64,000 bases of DNA, from positions 185,755-249,754 of the forward strand of contig PCCS01000006.1 of NCBI GenBank assembly GCA_002731825.1, in the 5' to 3' direction. Positions 50,627 through 58,554 of this stretch are shown here, in pieces. Made by a program: the position numbers and the translations under genes. The DNA comes from Myxococcales bacterium (GTDB taxonomy: Bacteria; Myxococcota_A; Bradymonadia; UBA7976; UBA1532). The notes under the pieces were generated by a model that was not told the origin of the DNA, ran no database searches, and saw nothing but the letters and a program-made list of their open reading frames with translations. How positions within the stretch are numbered: the first letter of the stretch is position 1; each line of letters starts with the position of its first letter.

Positions 50627-51388
50627 TCAAGCAAGGCACTTGATCAGAATGACAGTGATGTTGTCTGTACCCCCATTGTCATTGGCAGCGTCAATCAGAC
50701 GTTCGCATGACAGGTCTAGGTCATCACCTTGCTTTAATATGTGTTCCATATTTTTGTCGGTGACCATGCCTGACAAGCCGTCAGAGCAGAGGAGATAAAC
50801 ATCACCCGATTGAGGCGCTTCCGTTAAAACATCAACCTGAACAGTCTCTTTCATGCCCAGTGCTCGAACGATCACGTTTTTATGGGGAAACGCTTCGATT
50901 TCCTCGGGCGTAAGCTGTCTCATTTTGATGTAATCGTTGAGGAGCGAGTGGTCTTCCGTTAGTTGCATGAGCTTGCCGCTGCGGAATCGATACACGCGGC
51001 TGTCACCCACGTGTCCTATGTAGCATTCCTTCTCGTTAAAGAATGTAGCTACGATCGTGGTACCCATGCCCTTGAGTCGTGAATCGCGGCTTGCAGATTC
51101 GAAGATTCGGCGATTGCTCAGCTTGATTCCAGTCATGATCCGACCTTCATCGTAGCGACGGTCCTTCTCCATTTTGTAGGGCCAGGTAATCTCGTCGTCG
51201 TCGGCGGTTGCCCGAAAAAACTCAGCCAAGGTTTCGACGGACATTTGGCTAGCCACTTCGCCAGACGCATGGCCTCCCATACCGTCGGCAACAATGAATA
51301 AGCCCTCTTCACGGCAAAGCCTGAGGGAGTCCTCATTATGAGCGCGCTTCATACCAACATGAGTTCGCCCTGCAGCAGCCAGCTTCAT
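50627..51388 (-). CDS. PP2C-family Ser/Thr protein phosphatase
   Basis: Blocks AGRTHVGMKRAHNEDS, VADGMGGHASGEVAS, LLCSDGLSGMV and GGTDNITVILI. The ATG at 51388 is preceded by GGAGGA; the ORF is open to 51418. Confidence 0.92.
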   Translation of the reverse strand: MKLAAAGRTHVGMKRAHNEDSLRLCREEGLFIVADGMGGHASGEVASQMSVETLAEFFRATADDDEITWPYKMEKDRRYDEGRIMTGIKLSNRRIFESASRDSRLKGMGTTIVATFFNEKECYIGHVGDSRVYRFRSGKLMQLTEDHSLLNDYIKMRQLTPEEIEAFPHKNVIVRALGMKETVQVDVLTEAPQSGDVYLLCSDGLSGMVTDKNMEHILKQGDDLDLSCERLIDAANDNGGTDNITVILIKCLA

Positions 51389-51604
51389 TCGTCCTCCGCG
51401 CCTTTCTCTTATCTTCACAAATAGACCCAGAAGGCATCGTTTTGAGTGTTAAGTCATCGTGACGCCGTCGTTACCACTGTCTTAATACACTGTTGCTCTA
51501 TGAAAAATCTAGGACACACTTCAGAGAGATTGATATCCTTCCATTGTTGTCGGCTCCGGTCTGCCAAAAGTAGGTGCGAAAATCGAACAGTCTGCCCAGT
51601 ACAA

Positions 51605-52729
51605 ATGATGAGACATTTCAAAATCGGTTGGGGGCGGCATCCTCGTTCGATTCGATTACCAGAATCGACCCGTATTCTTAGGAAGGCAAAGCCTGCACGG
51701 GTTGATGTTTCCGGCTTTGATTTGAACTCCGCATTGAGGCGTCCTGTTGGATGCTCACCTCTACTGGACCTTGTTAGTCAGGCCTCGTCAATTGTCATCC
51801 TGATCCCTGACGAAACACGTTTTGATGTTGCGTCGCTTGTTTTGCCAACGTTAATTCCCATGCTTGACGGTAAATCCGTATCCATAGGCATTGCTGCTGG
51901 GAAACATCCGTTCCAATCATCAGAACTGAGCGATTGGTGTCATAATGCCAGCGCCACCGACTTAGTTTTTCTAGGCAAGACAAAAAGGCAGACTCCGGTC
52001 GCCTATCCCGAGGTGGTACTAAAAGCCGATTTAAGGATTCTCCTAGGTGAGATAAAACCTCATTATTTCGCTGGTTTTTCCGGTGGAGCGAAGACCTTGT
52101 TTCCGGGGGTTGCCGGTGCAGAGGGAATTTGGAAAAATCACCGTTTGAAAGCAGAGCCTGATTCACAACTCGGTCAGGTAAGCGCCAACCCGTGTCGATT
52201 GGACATGGAAGAGGCGGCCGAAATGGCAGGTCCATCGTACATAATCAACCTCGTTCGAGACATTGAAGGCGATTCGATTTATTATATTTCAGGCCATACT
52301 GTGGCTGCCCATCGGGTGGGCGTAGACTTGGCTCGTTCAATCTACGAGACCGAGGTGACGACCAAGGCCGATACGGTGATCGTATCGGATAGAACCCCGA
52401 TGACGATGAATCTCTATCAAGCGTGTAAGCTAATCCCTCCGGCAGCCCGTGTCCTTAAGCCCGGCGGAACCATCATTCTATGCGCTGAATGTCCCGATGG
52501 CTTAGGCCCGACGACCGTCATCAACGAGAGTATTTATCGCCTGGGCCTTCGACCCATTCTTCCCGACTCCCATAAGGTCATACTTGTCAGTGATCAACCC
52601 GAAGAGCTTGTTCGCGAAACATTCGCCGAATATGCTGGGTCTATTGATGATGCTTTGAGCAAGGTAGAAACAAATAATATTCTTCTGCTGCCTTACGCGG
52701 GTGATATGATTCCAGTCCCACAAACGTGA
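51605..52729 (+). CDS. LarA-like (DUF2088) nickel-pincer-cofactor-dependent racemase/epimerase homolog
   Basis: LarA N-domain motifs IPDETR and KPHYFAGFSGGAKTLFPG (His plus the cofactor-tethering Lys position). The upstream 53 codons of the ORF (from 51446) are Cys/Arg-rich junk-like sequence, so the ATG at 51605 is preferred. Confidence 0.7.
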   Translation: MMRHFKIGWGRHPRSIRLPESTRILRKAKPARVDVSGFDLNSALRRPVGCSPLLDLVSQASSIVILIPDETRFDVASLVLPTLIPMLDGKSVSIGIAAGKHPFQSSELSDWCHNASATDLVFLGKTKRQTPVAYPEVVLKADLRILLGEIKPHYFAGFSGGAKTLFPGVAGAEGIWKNHRLKAEPDSQLGQVSANPCRLDMEEAAEMAGPSYIINLVRDIEGDSIYYISGHTVAAHRVGVDLARSIYETEVTTKADTVIVSDRTPMTMNLYQACKLIPPAARVLKPGGTIILCAECPDGLGPTTVINESIYRLGLRPILPDSHKVILVSDQPEELVRETFAEYAGSIDDALSKVETNNILLLPYAGDMIPVPQT

Positions 52730-52747
52730 AAGTCTAACGCTAACGAT

Positions 52748-54310
52748 ATGGTCCACGCTTGTCGCACTCATTACAGACGTTTAATTCTGTCTGTCCTGTT
52801 TCTCGGATGTGGTGGTCAACACCTCCGGACACAGGCTTATAATTCTGTTAGCGCAAAACAAGCTTACGAAAGCGGGGACTTCTCCCAAGCGGCTAAGATT
52901 TATGAAAAGTTAGCGATGCGAGAGGCGTCTGCCGATTACTGGATTTGGGCTGCCCGATCATGGATCGCAGGTGAACGTTCGAAACGTGCAGAAGCGGCTC
53001 TTGTGAAAACCGCCCAGATCGATAAGAGCCATCGCGATTTAAAACCTTTAGTCGAGTTGCTCATGGGGCCGTCGACGAGCTCGCAGTTGTCAGACGAGAG
53101 CGGCCTGCCCGACTACTGGTCTAAACGGGGTCAAAACCGATTTAAACGAGAGCTGTTTGAAGGGGCCGCTTCTGACTTTCGGGTTGCGACAGAGCTGGAC
53201 GATAACCGTATATCCGACTGGGTTATGCTCGGCCATTCCTATCGGCGTAGTAAACGGTTAAAAGCCGCAGCTGCATCACATTACCGTGCATTTCGCCTTC
53301 TCAAAGGGATGACTGAGTCAAAAACTGAAACCAATCAGGTTTTGGAGAGAAAAATGTTCGGGTCGGTTCTGACCCTCACCAGTCTGACCAAAGATTATGA
53401 GCTGGCCGCCCGCGTGCTGTTTGATTCATTAAAGGATTGGCCGATTCGGGTGATGGATCGATTTTTAAAATCGATGGTCGCGCGGAGTCTAGCGCCAGCT
53501 ATCCCCTTATTTTACAAAAAACTGCTGGTTCATCGGCCTGAATTAATCTCGGTCCGAAAGCGTCTTCTGTTATCTGCATTTGCGAGTGGTCAATGGGCTA
53601 AAGCCACCGGACTGGCACAGCCAATTATTCCAAATCCCTATGCTCCAGCTAAGCTTATCGAAGTTGCAGTGGAGGCAGCCTTTCGTGCTGATGCGCCTCG
53701 CCAAGCCGTCTCAATACTTGGTCAGAGACGCGCATTGTTCCCCAGGAATCGCGGTGTTTTTGTCGACTTAATCAGAGGTCTCATGCGCGCTGAAATGTAT
53801 GTGAGAGCACGGTCTGAACTGTCCATCGAAATCAAGTCGTACACCAGTGACGCGGAGATACGATTCTCCTATGCCGTCGCTTTACATCAGACAGGGCATC
53901 TCGCTGGTTTTAACTCCGAGCTTAAGGCTGTTCTTGAGCTAGATCCAAATCATGCGCCAGCACTCAATTACATGGGCTATGAATGGGCTCAGCAGGGCAA
54001 GAACCTTGATCGAGCAGAGGTTTTTTTGAATCGAGCTTTGAAGGAAAGACCTGATCACCCGGCCTATCTGGACTCTCTCGGCTGGATTCTCTATCGACGA
54101 GGGCGATTTGAACAAGCACAGGGTCTGTTGCGTCGCTCTCTTCAGAAGCTACCCAATGAACCGGAAATTTTACTCCATATGGCGTGCACTTTGCGCCAAT
54201 TGAAACAACACAAGGCTGCTTTGAGTTTTTACGAGAAGGCCATGCGCTTGGAGCAAAACTTAGATCGCAAAAAAGAGCACGAGCGAGAATGGAAACGAAT
54301 TCAAAACTGA
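52748..54310 (+). CDS. TPR-repeat lipoprotein
   Basis: 520 aa with lipobox VLFLGCGG and multiple TPR units (for example ALNYMGYEWAQQGKNLDRAEVFLNRALKERPDHPAYLDSLGWILYRRGRFEQA). Confidence 0.8.
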   Translation: MVHACRTHYRRLILSVLFLGCGGQHLRTQAYNSVSAKQAYESGDFSQAAKIYEKLAMREASADYWIWAARSWIAGERSKRAEAALVKTAQIDKSHRDLKPLVELLMGPSTSSQLSDESGLPDYWSKRGQNRFKRELFEGAASDFRVATELDDNRISDWVMLGHSYRRSKRLKAAAASHYRAFRLLKGMTESKTETNQVLERKMFGSVLTLTSLTKDYELAARVLFDSLKDWPIRVMDRFLKSMVARSLAPAIPLFYKKLLVHRPELISVRKRLLLSAFASGQWAKATGLAQPIIPNPYAPAKLIEVAVEAAFRADAPRQAVSILGQRRALFPRNRGVFVDLIRGLMRAEMYVRARSELSIEIKSYTSDAEIRFSYAVALHQTGHLAGFNSELKAVLELDPNHAPALNYMGYEWAQQGKNLDRAEVFLNRALKERPDHPAYLDSLGWILYRRGRFEQAQGLLRRSLQKLPNEPEILLHMACTLRQLKQHKAALSFYEKAMRLEQNLDRKKEHEREWKRIQN

Positions 54311-55059
54311 CTGTATTTTTGACCGTCTTGGTCATTGGCTGTGGTGGCTTACCTAAACCGCGCAATGCACCGAATGAGCCGGGACCGTTGTTAGAATCCA
54401 TCGACCGACGAGATGCGGCTTTAAAGAGTCTCACAGCAGACCTAAATGTGGAGATTTGGCAAAGAAACGAGCGGGTTAAGCTACGTCAATACTTAGCTGC
54501 CGATGACCAAGGCCGCTTGCGAATAGAGGTTGTCTCACCATTCGGAACCCCTCTGATGACACTTGCCAGCGACGGATCTCGGCTGATGATTTTTGATTCT
54601 AAGAAAGGCCGCTTCTTCCTCGGTCCAGTGACGCAAGACGCATTATCTCGATTACTCCCCGTACCGATGACTCCTCCCGAATTGGCCTCACTTTTACGTG
54701 GAGCAGTGCCGCGAATCCAACCGATAAAAACACGTCTCGATTGGGACTCGAAAATGGGACGTCTTCGAGTTCAGCTGACATCCGATCGGCGGTCGCAACT
54801 GATTTTTTTTGAGCCAGAGCATTATCGAGTGACGCGGTTGGAGACTCGCTTGAATGGTCGAATACTCTACACCGTTATGATGGGAGACTATTCGGGTACT
54901 GGCGACGAAGTGATTCCCAGGCGCGTGCGTTTCGAAGTACCAAAAGACGGCTTGCGTATCGATATGAAGATTAAAGATGCGTCGCTGAATCCTCAGTTGG
55001 CATCAGAAGTCTTTACCTTAAGTCCGCCTCGGGGCATTGTTGTGGAACCAATCCCATAG
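54289..55059 (+). CDS. LolB/DUF4292-like outer-membrane lipoprotein
   Basis: Start METNSKLTVFLTVLVIGCGG (lipobox), overlapping the TPR gene end by 22 nt. Pattern LRIEVVSPFGTPLMTLASDGSRLMIFD...LPVPMTPPELASLLRG resembles LolB/LolA-fold lipoproteins. The family call is from memory only. Confidence 0.55.
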   Translation: METNSKLTVFLTVLVIGCGGLPKPRNAPNEPGPLLESIDRRDAALKSLTADLNVEIWQRNERVKLRQYLAADDQGRLRIEVVSPFGTPLMTLASDGSRLMIFDSKKGRFFLGPVTQDALSRLLPVPMTPPELASLLRGAVPRIQPIKTRLDWDSKMGRLRVQLTSDRRSQLIFFEPEHYRVTRLETRLNGRILYTVMMGDYSGTGDEVIPRRVRFEVPKDGLRIDMKIKDASLNPQLASEVFTLSPPRGIVVEPIP

Positions 55060-55097
55060 GTTGATGTCATGTCAAACGAGTTTAAGGGAATTGCTCA

Positions 55098-55835
55098 ATG
55101 ATGGCCTTAAGTGCCTTTCTACATAATTCGCAGATGGTCAACTCACAGGCAATTGTCGCGGCCGAAGAGCATGCAAAAGCATTTAATCGCCCGTTAATCG
55201 AGAGCTTTGTTGGCGCAGAACTCGTTGAGGAAGAGCCTTTGGTTCGCGGATTGGCAAAACATCTGCGATTGGCCCGAGTCTCACTCGATGACTGCGTTGC
55301 AGAGCCAAGCGCACTCCAAAAACTATCATCGGAAGATTGTCGGCGTAATTTGGTTTTTCCAATTGAGATCATCTACTTGGATGGGTTTCAGTTTCTCTTG
55401 TTGGCTATGGCAAATCCATTGGATGTCCACACGATTCGCCATGTGTACAAGAAAACGGGTTTGAGAATTCGTCCCCTCATCACGACGCCGTCAGACATCT
55501 GTTCAGCGATTGTAAGCGCGTATCAATGCGCCTTCGAACCCCTCATGGGAATTGACCCTGAAGATATTAATGAAAGCGAAGACGCTGAAAAAGTAGAAGC
55601 GGAGCCGACTCCCTACTTTGATGCTTTGGAAAATATGCTTGGTCCGTATGTCGCGGGACAAGAAATAGTAGACCTTAATCCACATAAAGGTCGACAGGCA
55701 ATTCGCGCCTGTCTCGACCAGACCGATTCTGTCCGGGACATTCTCTTGATTCGGCTCATGGATCGCCTGATCGAACAAGGCCACCTAGACGTAGTCGAAC
55801 TATTGAAGCCTGATCCCAACGGACGTCAGTCGTAA
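55098..55835 (+). CDS. Standalone T2SSE_N (GspE/MshE N-terminal-type) domain protein
   Basis: 245 aa. Core NLVFPIEI...FLLLAMANPLDVHTIRHVYKKTGLRIRPLITTPSDICSAI matches the N-terminal domain of type II secretion/T4P ATPases. There is no ATPase domain. Confidence 0.65.
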   Translation: MMALSAFLHNSQMVNSQAIVAAEEHAKAFNRPLIESFVGAELVEEEPLVRGLAKHLRLARVSLDDCVAEPSALQKLSSEDCRRNLVFPIEIIYLDGFQFLLLAMANPLDVHTIRHVYKKTGLRIRPLITTPSDICSAIVSAYQCAFEPLMGIDPEDINESEDAEKVEAEPTPYFDALENMLGPYVAGQEIVDLNPHKGRQAIRACLDQTDSVRDILLIRLMDRLIEQGHLDVVELLKPDPNGRQS

Positions 55836-55913
55836 CACGAGGAATAATCCAGAAAAAATGAAGTTCGGTAGACCCATATCGACGTCTCGCACGTATAGAT
55901 TGGTGACAGTCAA

Positions 55914-56540
55914 ATGCTGAGCTTTATTCTAATGGTCATAGGACATTCATTTGACAACGTGTCAGACGAGACTCTGATCGAGCAATATCGAGATGGAGAT
56001 GTGGATGCACTTGAAACACTACTAAAGCGATACGAGAGAAAGCTTTTCAACTACATTCTTCGTTACGTAGGTCAGAGGGAAAGAGCCAATGACCTGCTAC
56101 AAGATACCTTTCTAAGGGTCGTAAAACATGCCGAGAGATATGATAGAAGAGCCAAGTTCAAGACCTGGCTTTATACGATCGCGCGGAACATCTGTATCGA
56201 TGAGTTGCGGAAAGACCGAGTGCGATCGGGTGGTGTCAGCTTCGAACAGAGCAACAGCCGCGGGGGAGATGGACTTGCGGCAAAAGATAGAATCGCAGGC
56301 AGTCATGACGATGGGTACAAGGCGGCCAGCGCATCAGAGTTACAAGAGCGACTCATCTCTGCTTTGGAGCGTCTAAATGACAAACAGCGTGAGGTATTTG
56401 TTCTAAGACACATCGATCAGATGCGGTTTCGGGAAATTGCAGACTTGCTCGGGACATCTGAGAACACGATTAAGAGTCGAATGCGTTATGCATTTGAGAA
56501 CTTGAGAGACTTATTGGCGGATTATGCTTCGGAACAATAA
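55914..56540 (+). CDS. ECF-type RNA polymerase sigma-70 factor
   Basis: 208 aa with region 2 (LQDTFLRVVKHAERYDRRAKFKTWLYTIARNICIDELRK) and region 4 (REVFVLRHIDQMRFREIADLLGTSENTIKSRMRYAFENL). The true start may be an internal Met. Confidence 0.9.
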   Translation: MLSFILMVIGHSFDNVSDETLIEQYRDGDVDALETLLKRYERKLFNYILRYVGQRERANDLLQDTFLRVVKHAERYDRRAKFKTWLYTIARNICIDELRKDRVRSGGVSFEQSNSRGGDGLAAKDRIAGSHDDGYKAASASELQERLISALERLNDKQREVFVLRHIDQMRFREIADLLGTSENTIKSRMRYAFENLRDLLADYASEQ

Positions 56541-56542
56541 AT

Positions 56543-57958
56543 ATGGAAGACCGGTCGAGGCGGGAACACATGTCTGATAGCAAAAAAGATATGGAATACC
56601 GTCTGCTCGATCTTCTTTACCGCGAACTCGATGAGGATGAGGCCGAGGTTGTACGCCGAGAACTTGACGTCGATGCTGAACTCAAAGCGACCTTCGAAGC
56701 GTGGCGCCAAGTTCAAGATGTCATGGATGAATTGCCCTTAGAAGATCCTGACCCAGCCGTTCATTATAAGATTCTTCGCGTTGCTCGGCAGCAGGCATCG
56801 TCAGCCCAGCAACCTGGTTTTTTCGAGCGTTTTTTCGTACTGCTTCAAAATCCTGCATTTGCTGCTTTCGGTCTGTTCATTATTGGTGGGGCCGTCTTTT
56901 CAGTTTTTAAAGACAACCTTCAGGAAGGGGATGGGGCAGCCATAGTCGGGCAGATTCAGCCGGCAGCCAAACCCGCAGCCAAACCCGCGTCAAAACTCCG
57001 TCTTGAAGACGGAAAAAAGGCACAAGCGGTGGGGGCTCTTAAGCGCTCTGAAGAGAGGCTTCCGCCACAGATTCGTTTAGACCCAGCCCCTATCGCAGAA
57101 CTGGATTCACCGGCTGCTGCACTGGCTGCTAAAGCTGAAGCCTCCCTTGAATTAGATCCACCTAATGCGACACCAGAACCACTTAAACAGCGATCGTATA
57201 AGCCGAGTTCAAAAGCGCGCCCTCGTTCGAAAAAACGAGTGCGGAGGTCAAAGCAAGCAGCCGCGCGACGTGTGCCTCAGGCCGCATCAAAATCTGACCC
57301 ATTTAATGGGTCATCGAAAGGGGGCCTCGCATTAGATAAGGTCTTTGATAAGAAGACAGGCAGGCGCAACTCGGGTCGACCAAAATTCGCACCGCCGCCC
57401 GCTCCATCAGCCGCCACAGCACAGCGAGCGGGCTCAAATAGAGCTCAGGTCGACCCAAGATCCGCCAACTCAGACCGTCTGGATTCAGTAGGTGGAGCTG
57501 AGGCCGTTGGGTCTCTAGACGTCAAGGCTCCGTCGACTCGGGGTTCAGGCAACGGCCTTGAACAGGCCGATGCAGAAAGTGCGACTCTTGGTCGTTCAGA
57601 TTCAGGGACATCTTTGTCGGCGCTCGCGGCGTCGGGTACCCAAGCTGTGGCCGCCGGTCAATTTCGGAAAGCCATTAAAATTTGGACACAATATCTTAAC
57701 GACGGAGGAAAAAGCCTGTCGGGCGCACAGATTCAATACGCGTATTTTCAGCTTGCTACCTGTCACCAATCACTTGGGCAACTGTCGGCGGCACGGCGCT
57801 ACCTGAACCGGCTTTCGGGTCAGAATTCACCATACGCACAGCAGGTGCAGGGCATGCTTGAGACGATTAACGCGAAGAGACGAGCGAGTCGAAAATCAAA
57901 ACCTACGCGGACGAAACGGTCGAAGAAGGCATCCAAAGCCTACGACTCCAAACGATAA
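56543..57958 (+). CDS. Anti-sigma factor, long form (basic/Pro-Ala-rich region, C-terminal TPR-like domain)
   Basis: It starts 2 nt after the sigma stop. N-terminal helix LLDLLYRELDEDEAEVVRREL, one TM helix (FAAFGLFIIGGAVFSVF), about 250 aa of K/R/P/A/S-rich sequence, a TPR-like segment (FRKAIKIWTQYL...YFQLATCHQSLGQLSAARRYL) and a very basic tail. Confidence 0.7.
   Translation: MEDRSRREHMSDSKKDMEYRLLDLLYRELDEDEAEVVRRELDVDAELKATFEAWRQVQDVMDELPLEDPDPAVHYKILRVARQQASSAQQPGFFERFFVLLQNPAFAAFGLFIIGGAVFSVFKDNLQEGDGAAIVGQIQPAAKPAAKPASKLRLEDGKKAQAVGALKRSEERLPPQIRLDPAPIAELDSPAAALAAKAEASLELDPPNATPEPLKQRSYKPSSKARPRSKKRVRRSKQAAARRVPQAASKSDPFNGSSKGGLALDKVFDKKTGRRNSGRPKFAPPPAPSAATAQRAGSNRAQVDPRSANSDRLDSVGGAEAVGSLDVKAPSTRGSGNGLEQADAESATLGRSDSGTSLSALAASGTQAVAAGQFRKAIKIWTQYLNDGGKSLSGAQIQYAYFQLATCHQSLGQLSAARRYLNRLSGQNSPYAQQVQGMLETINAKRRASRKSKPTRTKRSKKASKAYDSKR
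56963..56986. repeat. 12-bp perfect tandem repeat x2 inside the anti-sigma gene
   Basis: gcagccaaaccc occupies 56963-56974 and 56975-56986, encoding AAKPAAKP. Confidence 0.9.
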
Positions 57959-57995
57959 GCGACAGCGCGTTGTCATCGGTTATCTTAACCCGCCA

Positions 57996-58505
57996 TTAGA
58001 CGATTCGGTCTCTGAGTCGGATGAAGTTGCACGGGCGAGTACGCGCATCGAGCTGTTCCACCAAAATCTTATCAAATGCGAGCTTAACGGCGCCGGTCGA
58101 GCCAGGAAGGGCGAAGACAATGACGGTGTCGCACAACCAAGCATCGGCTCTTGATTGTACGGTAGAACTGCCGATGTCCGAGTAGCTCAGCATACGAAAA
58201 AGCTCCCCAAACCCGGGTATGTGTTTGGTTGCCAATGACCGGACAGCATCCGGTGTCACATCGCGCCGGGTAATGCCTGTGCCGCCCGTTAGGATCACGA
58301 TGAAAATGTCATTGTTTTGCTGGCAGAACTCGATTTCAGATTGGATGGCGGCCACGTCATCTTCGATGATACGCCTATGGAGGACGCGGTGGCCCATGTT
58401 TTCTAATGTGGCTTGCGCATAATTTCCCGATGAATCTGTCTCCCTAGATCGGGTGTCCGAAACAGTAATCACCGCTGTTCCGACGGATATAAACTGATCA
58501 TTCAC
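57996..58505 (-). CDS. moaB: Molybdenum cofactor biosynthesis protein MoaB/MogA family
   Basis: 169 aa with blocks [10 protein letters not shown] and [17 protein letters not shown]. Confidence 0.88.
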   Translation of the reverse strand: MNDQFISVGTAVITVSDTRSRETDSSGNYAQATLENMGHRVLHRRIIEDDVAAIQSEIEFCQQNNDIFIVILTGGTGITRRDVTPDAVRSLATKHIPGFGELFRMLSYSDIGSSTVQSRADAWLCDTVIVFALPGSTGAVKLAFDKILVEQLDARTRPCNFIRLRDRIV

Positions 58506-58554
58506 AAGTGGACGCCCCTATCGTAAATCGTGTCGGTCGCAGTATAAGCATTTC

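Noticed and set aside
51446-51604. N-terminal 53-codon extension of the LarA-like ORF (starts with a non-ATG codon at 51446).
   Set aside because: The extension is Cys/Arg/His-rich and unlike any LarA N-terminus. The ATG-ATG at 51605 begins the conserved-looking part, so the extension is treated as 5' UTR/promoter region shared with the PP2C gene.
54184-54288. 35-codon upstream extension of the LolB-like lipoprotein ORF, overlapping the TPR gene.
   Set aside because: A clean signal peptide and lipobox begin at the internal Met (54289). The extension would bury the signal peptide.
55098-55250. Possible c-di-GMP-binding MshEN motif in the standalone T2SSE_N protein.
   Set aside because: The best-aligned segment (ALSAFLHNSQMVNSQAIVAAEEHA) lacks the conserved Arg, both Gly residues and the terminal Gln of the RLGxxLLxxGLLxxxxLxxxLxxQ motif. 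There is not enough support to call a c-di-GMP receptor.
55860-55888. Candidate ECF-type promoter GAAGTT-N17-CGTCTC upstream of the second ECF sigma gene.
   Set aside because: It is not listed as a feature because the -35 deviates from the usual GGAAC/GAAC core and there is no comparative or transcript-start evidence. It is mentioned only as a hypothesis in the related finding.
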